A stretch of 63,551 nucleotides of DNA, filler included, from Rhabdomonas costata (Eukaryota), in NCBI GenBank assembly GCA_019059605.1. It is 22 parts of 22 records of this genome, joined end to end, with 100 filler letters (N's around TTAATTAATTAA, not from the genome) between each part and the next. Parts side by side here need not be neighbours in the genome. Positions count along the whole stretch, not along the records: positions 11,589 to 14,384 come from JAHMHO010002041.1; positions 14,485 to 17,282 come from JAHMHO010002042.1; positions 17,383 to 20,179 come from JAHMHO010002043.1; positions 20,280 to 23,074 come from JAHMHO010002044.1; positions 23,175 to 25,970 come from JAHMHO010002045.1; 17 more parts are not named here. One strand, given 5' to 3'. The notes under the pieces are model-generated. The model worked only from the letters and a program-made list of their open reading frames with translations. It made no database searches and was not told the DNA's origin. Both the position numbers and the translations under genes were made by a program. Positions 13,401 through 26,070 of the stretch are shown piece after piece (the first letter of the stretch is position 1; each line of letters begins with the position of its first letter).

Positions 13401-15399
13401 ATTTACGTAATTCACGCTGACTCCGCTGGAGTTGCAGCTTTTGAAGTGCTGCGGTCGATGCGGGTCTTGTCGTGAGTACACTTTTTTTTGCTGTGGCTGG
13501 CGACAACGCGCGTGACGCTTGAAAAACGGCTAAATATGCGTTGCATGTCACATGTGTGTCCTTTGACTTGTGCAAAATTAGTTTACTTTATCTGAGAAAT
13601 AGGGGATGCTCAATGCCAGAGAGTTCGCACGCAATCAGCCTTCAGCGTGAGCAGTAGGACTGGGAAGTGCAGGAAAAGTAAATGGCGCTTTCATGGATTT
13701 CCGAATATTATGTTAATCAGGTTACCCGGATTTATTCCTGGCTTTTGCACCTTCAGTTCAAACCAAATCTGACTGTCTCGACTGCATTGTGTGCTCCTTC
13801 TTCATGCTTGGACCTGTGCGGGTGAACGGAACACCGCCTTAGAGGATTTTGAAGCGGGGTAACGGTTACACCGAGCACCACACGAAAGGTGAGAGGAGAG
13901 CCAAAGCAACACGACAGTATGACCAATCACCGCCGTGAATAACCCCGTTGTGAAAGGAGGCGCGCAGAAAAGTCGAACGCCCAGCTGGGGTTTGCAGGCT
14001 GTTCCTCAAACCCAGAACGCGCTTGCTCTGGAGCCAATATCAGTTATAGAATGGAATTTAGAACCTGTTTGCTTTCATAGCACCCCAGGCGCCGCAATTT
14101 GGTGCCATTCTGTTGCCCATATGCCGCGTTCATCACTTCCGCGGCCTTCGAGCGCCCGGAGTCATTGTCTATCCGCGGTTTCCGGCGGAGCCGACGCGTG
14201 GCAAAAACAACCTGACAATGACCGCCCCCGACTTCCATTGCGGTCAAAAAGCGCGGTGGTTGGCTTTTGGCCCGGCCTCGTGGGGATTTGGCTTAACAAA
14301 GTGGCTGCCTTTGGGCTCCTGCCCCGGTGTTTTGGCGAAAAGCCCGTTGAATGGGTATGTCCGTACTTATGGGTACAACCCAACNNNNNNNNNNNNNNNN
14401 NNNNNNNNNNNNNNNNNNNNNNNNNNNNTTAATTAATTAANNNNNNNNNNNNNNNNNNNNNNNNNNNNNNNNNNNNNNNNNNNNGCATGCAGCACTGTAC
14501 TGGCGTGAGGCGTTGGGTGACAGGGAACGCCTTAGGTTAGGGCGTTATGTTGGGGGTTGGGGTGGACGGGGAGAGGCGCTTTCCCTGCCATGTATGCGCG
14601 CCAATAGATTTCTTTTTGCGCGTGGACAATTAAACAGAAACCGACCGTGCTTTGCTTCATGGGCAGACTGTTGTGGATTCTTTCGGAGTCCGCGAAGTTG
14701 CTACCAGCTGGGCATGTATATGCGGCAAAACCTCTGCAGAAATAAGTTTGCCTCCGTGTGCAAGGACCCTGGCCTTATTGTCAGTGTCAAAAGGGGCCCT
14801 CTGGTCAGATCTCACCCATGAGCATGCTTCTTTAATGGACTTTGTGACTAAGACCCTGTTGCTCTCGATTTTTCTGGGTTTCTGGGTTCCTCCGTCGTGC
14901 AACCTGGCGAAGGTGCAACCCGTCAGAGCAGCATCCAGGATCGAGAGCACGAAACATCCAGAAAGCTGGCCGCTATGAAAGATGAAGGGATGGGGATTTC
15001 AGCTTTTTTTTTTCAAGGAGCGCACGCTTCCTGTGCCAACGCCTGATCCGTTAGATCCGTTGTCATTGCACCACGACTGCTCGCAGCTCACGCTTTGGGT
15101 TGTCCTCCCGTGGTCCCTGAGGACTGTGGAACACCAGCTGGGGGACTGTGGTGACCTGCCGCTCTGAGACGAAAAACGCACACAGCACAGCCAAACTATG
15201 TGGAGTCGAAAGAATGGCAGTTCATTGGGACCGCCATTCTCAGCATCACAGACCCCATTAACAGACACAACTGTCCCTAAGTCAAAGAATAAGTACCAGT
15301 GGAGCAAAGGAGTATAAGCGAATAACAAAGAGGTGAAACCGAAACAGACACAAACTGCTGCTTCATTGGCCGTTCTTCTTTGAGAGGCAGGATAGCCTT

Positions 15400-15700
15400 C
15401 GCGAGTGAGAGTAATGGCCTGTCCACAATTGTGGGTCCCTTGGACTCCACAAAGCTCGTTCAAGGTAATCTCCAGGGCCATTTGTGGCGTCTTCTTGTGG
15501 CAAAGCTTCGTTCTGTATGGCCCCATTATCCATGTTTCCGCTCCGTAGACCCCGCCTCTCAGCGGGACCCCATGCAGGTTGACACAGCCTTTTGACTGAT
15601 AAAAATCCTGCCGCTTACAATGTTCCACGGATGGAACTGGACCAGGCACCAAAACGTTTAAAATTGACACGAACCTGTTGCCTGGATGGATGTTCCACCC
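15400..15700 (-). mobile_element. Decayed non-LTR retrotransposon (RTE/L2-type RT C-terminal region)
   Basis: A VYGAETW motif is preceded by KRFGAWSSSI and followed in another frame by RRRHKWPW (cf. RRLRWxGH). Contains frameshifts and stops. Confidence 0.55.
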
Positions 15701-17382
15701 GGAAACCCGGAAACCCGGAAACCATTACCGAGGGATCCGGACCGCCGCTAGGTCCAAATTCCCACACATGGTCAATGGGATGAAGCCGCTCTCCATTCCC
15801 GGCGGCAGCTGAGGACAAAGCACGCAGGAGAAAGGCGCCGAGGTGTCGAATATGGAGGGACAGCGGGGGCAATGTCAACGAAAAGCCACTGCAACTGTTG
15901 CCTTGACGTGCTATTGAATGGATTGCTTGCATGTCACCCTTTGTTCCTTGTGTGTTGTTTGCTGCTTACTATTTGCCCTTGGGACGTGGGTCTTTCACAG
16001 TAGTGACGCTGTTCCGTGAACTGTTTTTGTTAAAAATTGCTTGCCTTCCCTGGCTGAATGCCCTGAACGTTGTGAACGGTGTTGGTAGATGTGCAAAGCT
16101 CGCACCAAAGAAAGTTCCCCCCGAATGCCCCGCTCCTGAAGCGGGGCTGCTGTCTTGAGGCGACCCTAGCAATGGGCCAACGAGCGCCGCCACAGGCTAG
16201 GCACATTTAATGGCAATAGGTTTATCTCCGATTCCGACAAAATTTTCGCAGTGCTCCGTCAAAAGTGTGTTTACCAATGAACCAAAAATTACAAAATTAT
16301 AATTGTACTAAGCGCGACAACCTCCATCCATCTTTGGAATCGAACATCCCCCAAAAACTGAGTAGGGAAAGATAACTGACGTGAGCAAAATTTACATTGG
16401 GATTTTGTACGCTTTTAGATAAAATAAAAATTATGGCTTATGTTACTCAACGTCAACCTGTATCTTTTTAATTGCTCCCGAAAAAAATACCCCCTAAAAT
16501 CCCAGATTACAGAGAAGGCAGCAGAATGTTTGGGATTTCTGGGTGTTCGGATTGTACCCTTTTATTCGTTAACAGCCCATGCCAAAACAAGCCGATGCTT
16601 CCTCAAAGCTTTCAGGTGAAGGACTCCCGGATTTCTGTAAATCTAACGGCGGTGTTTGTGAACAGAACTGTGCTTCAACAATTTAAACGCTCGCAAGGCG
16701 CTCTGGCAGGCGAGCTCGGCGGTCGATCGATCCTTTCATCGTCGCTTACAACTGACCAGTTGATCTCAGTCAATGTGTGTCAATTTTTGGGGGAACATTA
16801 CGTCGTTCCTTCCTTTGGAAGTGATAATGCAGGTCGATGCTTGCGCGGGACTTTATCACGACCATGCTTGATTTGACTGGCCCCGGTTAAATCGCCCGTA
16901 GACCGTGGCTTCCCTTCTTCGCTTCGCAGGTGTTGCTGTGGAGCTGTTTTCCTCGTCGCCTTACTGGAAGGGGGCGCCGACCACTTGCACCAAGCCGGTT
17001 TGAAATTTGGAAGCCGATGGGGCGCAGCTTCTGCAATGAAGGGCCCGTAGTGAAATGCACGTGTGGCTCCAGGGGGCTGCCCTGGTCACGGATAAGGTCG
17101 AATTGTCGGGTCTTAGGGTTCACACATTCTGGGTTGTTGGAGTGGTTCCGCTGGGCGGGTCTCGCCGCTTATGCCCTCCCCCCGATCTCCACCCAAAGAG
17201 AAGGATGTGGAAGGGGGCACACGACTACACACACCCTGTCCTGTGTAACTCTGCCGCGTTCCCCCCCCCCAACGCACAACACNNNNNNNNNNNNNNNNNN
17301 NNNNNNNNNNNNNNNNNNNNNNNNNNTTAATTAATTAANNNNNNNNNNNNNNNNNNNNNNNNNNNNNNNNNNNNNNNNNNNN

Positions 17383-17560
17383 TGCGGATCACGCCGCGCG
17401 CCAGAAATGCAGTGATGCGGACAGGAGTCGTAATCGCAGATCGAGCAGAACAGTGACACACCATCCATCGTCACGCCACACACCTCGCAGTGGAATCGGC
17501 GCTGCGCAGGAAGCAGCCCGTGACCTTTACTGCACAATCCTCGGTTGGGCTGAGCAATTC
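17383..17560 (-). CDS. Exon encoding a Cys/His zinc-binding (C1/DC1/ZZ-like) module
   Basis: CSKGHGL......FHCEVC.......LFCSICDYDSC fits the CxxGHxL..CxxC..CxxCDYDxC pattern. Truncated by the contig edge. Confidence 0.6.
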
Positions 17561-20322
17561 CTGGCATTTTTCCGAGTAGAAACCCCAACACTGTATATTT
17601 TGGACAAGATTCTTACTAAGGAGGAAGTCGGTCAGAGGCAGGTCGAATAGGAAGTCAGTGCCGCACTTCGCAAACAGCCACAGGTCTACAAGAACTGGCC
17701 AAGGTGGACCATTACCTCCCTTTTTGGAACCCAATCACGTAGTATGGTCTGCGTCACCCAAAAACTGAGAGGTAAGGGTAGCAATAAAGACGCAAAAAAA
17801 AAGAACCTCCAGGTAGAAACCAGCCTTTTCACCATACCCTGTTTCTTCTAAATTCGAATTGCAAAAAGCCTAAATTGATTTTCTTTTTCGGTTTTGGGCA
17901 GAATGCAGATCCTTGACATCACGAAAAATCAAAAAGGGATGTCAGCGAAACCACTAACCATCACGTGCACACTGCAAAAGTGAAGCGAAGGAAATCAAAA
18001 CCCCAGGGAGTCAGGTTCAAAATAAATCCCTCGGCACAAACAGCACAGATAATGGCAAGGTGCTCATGCTTGCAACAGGCGCGGTGTCCCGCGCCAAAGC
18101 CAGTGCACGAGTAGAAATAGAACGGAATCCCAACGAAGCATACACACACCCGTGCGGAAAGCAGAGCTTACGCAAAAATCTGCTTCGACGGGTAATGTGT
18201 GATCGGCAACCCCGTCCTCTCAGTCCACACCCCCATTCTGCCCAATAATCACAAAGTTGTCCCCAAAGATAAACCCTCTGTCTTTTCGCGGCATGCCGCC
18301 GACACATCTCCTCCCTTGCCCACCTTTTGGACACCGCAGCCGCGTGACAGCAAAAAAACTCAAGCACTAGATGCAAACGGGCACACACATACACACCACC
18401 GGAATCCAATAGATGCATGTACGCTCGCATGGCTTCCAACAGGAATCATGTACACTGTCAGTACCCTCGTTTCCCGCTCGGCAACTCTGCGCTTTCATTC
18501 CCTCACTTCCAATCTTCCCAAAGTTCACCCAGAGACATGCTCTGTCTTTCCGCGGCGTGTTCCTCCCTACTCTCCCACCAACAACAAAAATCCCGCCTCT
18601 CGAGTAACGCAGCCGCGTGACAGCCAAAGACCTATGCCGTAGAGGGGCACAGACAGCACTCCTTTGAACCCTCAAAGCTGGTCTGCCCGTCAAAAAAAAA
18701 GTACACCAACTTTCCCACACCCCATCTCGCAAAAATGGACCTAGAGGAGAGGACGGAGACCACACGTCACCCTTTCCGCTACCGTAGCCAGCCCACCTTC
18801 CAACACCTCCACCGATGTTCGTTCTATTTCAGTTCTTCTGAGATCCTATGTGCCACGTCAAAACTCGAGGACTAAAACATAGCAGCACCCAGGGTCCAAC
18901 GCAGTAAAGTATAATTCGAGAATACAATGCAATACAACCAGATCAGGCTCCAGTGAGGTCAAATGGTAACTTTTGGGTTCCATCTTCGCAATGCGAAAGT
19001 GCAGCAGCTCAGGCGAGAACGTAGTTTGGAATTCAATCTCGTCGCTGAGTGACGAGAACCGCACCAGCACCGCGGTCACGGCCAGCCCTGGTGTAGCCAG
19101 AAGCCACCCCATGGCAATCGGAAGCCCACACGGTGGAGCTCCGGAGGGAGCACGCGGCATCTCTTTCTTTCGAACAAGGATGCTCGGTAACACAGAAGAG
19201 TGCACGAAACAGCTCCAGAACGCCGATGTTGCGTCGTACATAAAAGAACCGACGGAGGAGGGGGAAATGATGAAAGTTCAAAACCATGCGGAAAATTGGC
19301 GTACGTGGCCGTGTCCGTTCGCGTAATTATGTCTGCGAAACCTATGACAAAAACGAAGCAAGCAATAACTATATTCGCGCGCCGTAGTGGCATTCAAATC
19401 TGCTGTGCTTTCCCATCTGCTGTGTGTACGCCCCTTCTGCAGTTTTGCATTTTTTTGTCGTTTGCTCAGTTAACCACTTCCAGAGTTCCTTTTTTCCAGA
19501 TGGAGCGTCTCTTCCCTACCCTTCCTGTGTGAGGGTATCTTGTTATAGCTGCGCCTTTCTCTGGATGACAACCATTCAAAAAGGCCAGACTTTCCACAAC
19601 ACGGACAGTGGAAACACCGCATCAAAAGAGACATCTTTCCACAAAATCGGGCAGTGCTATAACTCAGTTCAGCTAATTAGCGGTTTGGGAGAAACCGTCC
19701 AGCCAGCAGCGCTGTACTGCTTTCAAGGACGAAATGATGGCTACCCATGCGGTGAAGGTGCACCAATTTCGAGCAAAGGAACGAAAGCGCTGCCCCAAAT
19801 AAAACGAAAGGGAAAGGAGCGCATAACGCAACGATGACAGTGTACTCACAACCTCTTCTCCTGCCTACGGAAACGAAGAAAAGGAAAACCCGTTCCAATG
19901 CGCACTCTCCCTAAACATTCCCAAAGCCAACCGCAATCCAATTCCAACAGGTCTCCTTCCATACAACAAATGATGCCACACGAAACGAGAAACTTTTCCC
20001 CTTCGTTAGCAAGAAGCCAACGGGTGCAGCGCCTTGACCAACCGACGACTTGAGAGTAAAATCACAGATGACGTCTCACCCATTCACTCTCAGAGCGATC
20101 ACGAAAAAAGACAATGAAAAGACACATTAAGTGCAGCGAGGTGAGATGGGGGGAAAAGTGGAAGGTAACACCACACAAANNNNNNNNNNNNNNNNNNNNN
20201 NNNNNNNNNNNNNNNNNNNNNNNTTAATTAATTAANNNNNNNNNNNNNNNNNNNNNNNNNNNNNNNNNNNNNNNNNNNNTGTTGGGGGGAGAACGGCAAC
20301 TGGAAGCCCTGGTCCACTGCTT

Positions 20323-22039
20323 CTAAGGCGAGCTGCTGCAGCCGCAGCTCCAGCTGCGGGACCAGGGCTTCCAGTTGCCGTTCTCCGCCCAAATCTGGTG
20401 TGCCACCTGGGTGTTCACGAGGGGGTTGCATGGCGCGGAGCCCCCGCTGAGGTCCCAGTAATCCTCGTTGATCATGAAGAGCCCGATGTTCATCTTGTGG
20501 TTGATTCGATCCAGGTCCTGCATCGCGTTGGCATTGCCCGCAGCCTCGCTGCTAATGCACTGACAAAAAGGAACGCCACGGTAACAGCAGAGAAAACCTC
20601 GCACTGACGCCGTGAAGATTCGACGGATCCATAACCAATAACCATAACCAATGAGGATTTTATAGCCCACGGCACACCTCCAAAGCAAGAGGCCCCCCCT
20701 CTCCCAAAGTAACATCTTCAGGTAAAGAACGCCCCTATTTCCCGAAGATGTTGGATGTCTCTTTTCCTCTAAAACCCGTCCCAGCACCTCACAACATTTT
20801 TGGGACCAGTCCGAGTACAGGTTGCAGTAGTACGACTGATTGACCGGCTTTGGGGAGTACCCGCACCAGCACGTCGAGCAGACGTCGCTGATGCAGTTCC
20901 CGCCACAGGTTGCATCCGCTGTGAGAACAGCCACCAGTACAAAGTAAAGTGAAAGACTGAGACCACAACAGAACTGTTGGGGGCGAACTCTCAAGCGGAA
21001 GGCAAAACTTCGAATCCCGTTAAGGTACATTCCCTAGAGCGGCCTTTCGAACACTCCCACGCTCCTTATCGAGGAAGGGATAATTCCTTCACCCCTTCAC
21101 CCCAGGTTCTTAGGAGGCGAATAAACCCACACCCACACCCAGACCCACATACCCACGCAGGGTACAGCCATTGTAAAGGTTCCGCCGTCGACATCGCAAG
21201 ACTGCACCACAGGCGACCCCCCCGTGGCGGGGTGGTACCCGGGAGCACACTGGGGCGTGCAGGCCGAGGCAATGGTGGGCCCAGGGCAGTGCGTTGCGTC
21301 ATATCCGGGCGAGGGCAAGCTGCAGCGGTTCTCTATAGACAGAAAGGAGGAGAGCTGAAATCTGTACTCCTCAGCAGAAACCATCACAAACCAGCAATAA
21401 AAAAGGGTACAGCTCGCCCTTCACCTCGGCAAAAACCAAAAACAACAGGTACTTATGTGCAAAGTTGGAGACTGGTTACCAGGAATGTTGACGAGATACC
21501 AGAGGTGCACTCGCATATCTGGGTAGCCCTGGGAGGCTTGCAGGCAGAAGCAAGACCCTCCCCGGAGTAGCCTGCGGAATGAAGCACGGAGGGACGAGAG
21601 AGAGGAAACGTGAGTGTGTGTGTGGGGGGGGGGATGGCATAGGTGCCATCGCGGCATGACCGTCGAAAAAAAATAACATCCGCGACATACCTTATATGGA
21701 AACTCGTCATTTCCACACAAGTTCGCAAAATCGGGGTGCCGTGAAAGCTATTTATTTTCAACGGCAAGAGTACATCTAATCCGTAGTAGGTAAAGCACCC
21801 ACTCACTAAACACCAAGGCCCTGTTCACTGTACCAGCCTAAACGGGTGCGGTGTTCGCCTGATTATCTGCCTCGAGGGGGGGGGGTGCACCACATACAGT
21901 TTTCCTGGCACCATTTGTCAGACACCCCAGGTCTGAGGCTGTGGCAGTTACCCGGGGACTGCACTGGGGGCACGAGGCGGGCATCCGCCCACCACAGAAC
22001 CCCGCACAGCAGGAGAAGGGACCCCACGGTTCGTCCCAT
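20323..22039 (-). CDS. Secreted modular lysozyme-like protein, 5 exons (22039-21898, 21571-21500, 21332-21153, 20918-20788, 20559-20323)
   Basis: All four introns are GT-AG with matching phases. The product has a signal peptide (MGRTVGSLLLLCGVLWWADA), a Cys module (CHSLRPGVSDKWCQENC...CEC), a second Cys module (CSLPSPGY...CAPGY), then TCGGNC..CWCG..WSQKCCECISSEAAGNANA..IGLFMIN..W..PC..WKPWS, a lysozyme-like/SLT fold with candidate catalytic Glu. Confidence 0.85.
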
Positions 22040-23719
22040 ACTGGCTTTTGCTGAGTGTTGCAGTCGCAGAAGAAGAGAAGAATGGGGGGGGTGGGTGAGG
22101 AGAAAAAAGACAATGCTAAGGCGTCATCGAAGGGAAAAATTCGTGTGTCCTTCGGCGCAATCAGGCTGTCCTTCTTCCCACCTTCCAAAACTTCAAGCAA
22201 GGGCGAACCAGATTGAAATCCCCCATTTCCAACGAACGCAAGGTCAAATCATGCCAAGACGGGTGAATTTACGTTCAGGATCCGTGTGCAACAGAGAGAC
22301 CTGATACCATAAAAGAGGTTAGAATGTTTTTGCCTGACACACACGATGGTCGCTAGACAACCCTTTAGGACACGACGTCAGCAGGGCACAAAATGTGCTG
22401 ATCGCGAGTTTTATGCCACTAGGATCGATTCAACGATTCAACGCTGTTGTACACAATCGAGCGATGTCCTGCACTTAAGAGTGGTCCTGCAAGGGTGAAC
22501 GCCTTTTCCAGTACAACGGAGTCGCAGCAGCGCGGATCGTCTATAAGACACGCGCTTGAGTAAAACACAAACACTATCAGCAGAGCAATAATGGAGAACT
22601 AAGTTTGGAGACCCAACTTGAACACAACACAGCAACACATATCTCGGGGGCGGGAGGTCCCCACGGAAATTTCGCGAGAGACGCTCGATCAAAAGCGCGT
22701 CTGCTCGAAGGGTTGTTGCCACCAGTACAGATCATTCCCAAGCACAAACACAAGCCCATTCTTGAGGGGAGCTTTTGACTTTGACAAGCAGAATCTATAG
22801 AAACCACCACGCAGAGAGCATTGAAGGCCCGCTTGCTCGAGCTGTTCATATTTGTATTCCTCCCGCACACACAAACGCATTATTGACAAACGTAGTTCAC
22901 AGCGCGCACACAGGTCCACGACCTGAATGGACGAAAGGCAAAACACACCACCCACGCCCAAAAAAACGCAAGTACTACTCACAAACAAGGAGAAACACGT
23001 CCAGGAAAGAGAAGGCTCATTGAGTCAGAGCAGGAGCAGCCAAAGAGGGTGCCCCATCTCGCAAAGGAGGGGGGNNNNNNNNNNNNNNNNNNNNNNNNNN
23101 NNNNNNNNNNNNNNNNNNTTAATTAATTAANNNNNNNNNNNNNNNNNNNNNNNNNNNNNNNNNNNNNNNNNNNNGGTTTTGGTGGAAAAATGTGGGTCCC
23201 TTTTCAGTTGGGGGCTTACAAGACGGTTGCAATTGCTAGCCAGGGGGGTTGTTGGCACTCGACCAATCTGTGAACCTTGCAAAAGCTAAAGAGCGTCGTC
23301 CAAAGAGCGTCGGTAGGTAGAAGGAACCGAGCAAGGCCGCGGTGCGCTCTCGGAATGAGAGGGGCGGGTCATCGAAAGTTTTAAGTTTACCTTCGATGAC
23401 TTGGAATTCTAAGCCAAAGTATGAGCGGTTGCAATTGCTATCGGTGGTCTAACAGCAAATACATCGAAACCTGCCCATTGGATCAAGCTGGGACAGGACT
23501 GCTTTTAACCATTGAGGCAGAACGGGCCTGCCTGCAATTTAATTTGAAATACAGGGCTGAAAAGAGCGAACCGGCAAACCACTTTGGAAGTCGCGGAGAG
23601 GCAATTAATTTGAGGGTGGTCCCGACTATCAATGAACCGTGGTAACTGCTCTGAGAGAATTTCGGAAATGTGGCCTTAAAAAAGGATGAGAATTGCAAAA
23701 TTTTACTCATGCAACACAC

Positions 23720-24089
23720 GTCTTCGGCGGTCTTCTCGTCCTCAATCCTCCTTCCATCAAAATGGAATCGAACAGAGGTTCGGTTGATTCCCTGCTTCTT
23801 GCAGTATGCGTCCATCAGCTTCCTCAGAGGAGTAGACCGTTTAATCTGGAAAACGGAAAAATTCCGATACATGGCCACGCTCATGCACGTGCTTGCCAGT
23901 GGACCCAGCAGCTACCAACACCAACTACCACCAGACCACCCCAGGCAAACGACCGCAACGAAAACGACGCCAAAACAGTAACATCACGGACGAACCTTGA
24001 AGTAAACTTCAGCCCCTTCGGCATTGACGACCTTGATCGAAATCTGCTGGTGATCTCCTTCGGCCTTCGGAGCCTGCTCGCCGTCAGCC
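23720..24089 (-). CDS. SUMO: Small ubiquitin-like modifier, two exons (24089-23996, 23845-23720)
   Basis: ADGEQAPKAEGDHQQISIKVVNAEGAEVYFK|IKRSTPLRKLMDAYCKKQGINRTSVRFHFDGRRIEDEKTAED, with a GT-AG intron. The start codon and C-terminal di-Gly exon were not located. Confidence 0.95.
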
Positions 24090-25168
24090 CTGCCCAAAAC
24101 AAAACAAAGATGGTTTCAAACTGTCCCCTTTCAGGCGAGAGGCTCCACTCTTGGGACACAGTGGTGCTGTCGGTGACTCGAACTTAGAGTCTGTTTGCCC
24201 CCAAGGTTGAGCACGTGTTGTTGTCAGAAGGATGGGACCTGAAGTCTGCCTCATCCGAGCTTTAGCACATTAGACGCCCCCACCCCCACCCGGGGTTCAT
24301 CACTCTGCGTAGGGTTGCTACTCACTTTTTGTGTAGGATTCGTTGCGTAGAGGGCGGGGGTGAAGGGTGATGCACATGCACACGCCCCCTGGGATTCTAA
24401 CAACAACAAAAGCTTTGCAAGAGATTAGGAGGCGGAAACACGTGTCCGCGATTTGGTTCCAAATTTACGGAAAAAAAATAATTTTTCAATTTTTTATCGG
24501 GGCTATTTTTTGCTTTTTGAAAGCTCGCTTTGAAAGGGGGGGGGGGCGAGAGAAACAAAAGGCACTATGCACAGTACAATTCAGATGGGAAGGGGACTGG
24601 CTAAAATTGAAGAGAAAAAAGACAACAAGGGGGCCGAGAGCAAAGAGGCTGGGCAGCAGCGAACTGGGGGGCCGAACCAGAGGGAAGGGAAGAGTGACAC
24701 AGCGGAGCTCGCGTGGATAAAAAAGAGGCACCGCATGAGGAGCGCAAGAAGGCCACGGACGCAAGGGCGGAAGAGGGCAAAAAGAAAGAAATGGGTGGTA
24801 TAGCATGTATAACATTGAAGGCAGGAGACGGACGAAGAATGGAAGGGTGGAAGATGGGGGAGGGGAAATCAGACGAAGTTCCAGTAGGTTACCACGGCAC
24901 CCAAACGCACCCATCTTCACAGCAACAAGGTTGTCGTAGATGACGATGCCTTCTGTGTCTCAGCCAGGAAGTCAAAGGTCAAGAGCCACAAGGATGTACA
25001 CACACCCCCGATGCATTTAGTAATTTCCGAATAGGAACGGTGAAGGTAATGTGGGCCTCAGTTTGCGGCCGGAGTCTCTTCAGGATCTTCGAAGTGTCTT
25101 CATATGAGGTTCAGGTTGAGCTGGAGATGATGCAACTGGGGTTGACACTACCCTGTATTTTCTTTCAG

Positions 25169-25826
25169 AACCTTCGTGCACCGACAAAATCAAGAACGGG
25201 GCCGGGACTGATGTGGACTGCGGCGGGTGGTCTTGCTCGGCGTGCGCCACCGGCAAAGATTGCCTTGTTAGCACCTACTGCTCCACTGGGATTTGCACCG
25301 CCTCCGTGTGCAAAGGTGTTGCTGCTTTTTAGACATGACGCTGCGCCCAACTCGCACTCGCCGTGTGGCGCCAAGCTAATCAGTCAATCGCACCCACTTA
25401 ACTTTAATTGGTTTCATCCCCCTGCCCCCAACGAGCGGGACGCGATGCAGCTTGGTCTGTGGAAAGCAGCTTCGTCTGTGGTCTGTGAGCCTGACACAGC
25501 ATTTACTCATTCACAGAAAATTCGATGTGCACAGATGCAGGTGCAGTCTTGTTCAAGAAGCTGTTCTACAACAGTTGATCCCCTAACCAAGTTAAGTAAA
25601 ATATGCACAGGACGAAACGTCAATTGCTCTATCTTGAAGTGGGTCAATATCTGTTCGTCGTTCTTCTTCTTCGTCTTCGTCCTGTCAGCTGTACCCACGT
25701 GCACCGAAGGAATCAAAAACGCGGCCGAGACTGACGGAGGGAGCTGCCCGGCATGCGCCACCGGAAAGAATTGCGTTCTTAGCAGTGACTGCTCCACGAG
25801 GATCTGTACCGCCTCTGTGTGCAAAG
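25169..25826 (+). CDS. Cys-rich CxDxxKNGxETDVDCGG-type repeat protein, two symmetric exons (25169-25315, 25689-25826)
   Basis: PSCTDKIKNGAGTDVDCGGWSCSACATGKDC..C.TGICTASVCK and PTCTEGIKNAAETD---GGSCPACATGKNC..C.TRICTASVCK. Each is bounded by AG/GT in phase 1, with lengths 147 and 138 nt. Confidence 0.85.
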
Positions 25827-26070
25827 GTGTGGCCCACCCCGCAAGTTCTGCTTTGGTGTGGTTGTCTTGTGTAATGATCACTGCGGCAAAACGGCAGCCC
25901 GAGGATGTGCGTTTGATTCTTGGCCCACGAGCAGTCAAATATCCAAGGAGGCGTCGTCCGCCCCCCCACCNNNNNNNNNNNNNNNNNNNNNNNNNNNNNN
26001 NNNNNNNNNNNNNNTTAATTAATTAANNNNNNNNNNNNNNNNNNNNNNNNNNNNNNNNNNNNNNNNNNNN

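Noticed and set aside
20288-20386. 28-bp inverted repeat overlapping the lysozyme C-terminus as a convergent paralog or regulatory hairpin
   Set aside because: It lies at the contig start, like other fold-backs, and is probably an amplification chimera. It makes the last few residues of the gene uncertain, since the other arm reads WKPWSTASKASCC.
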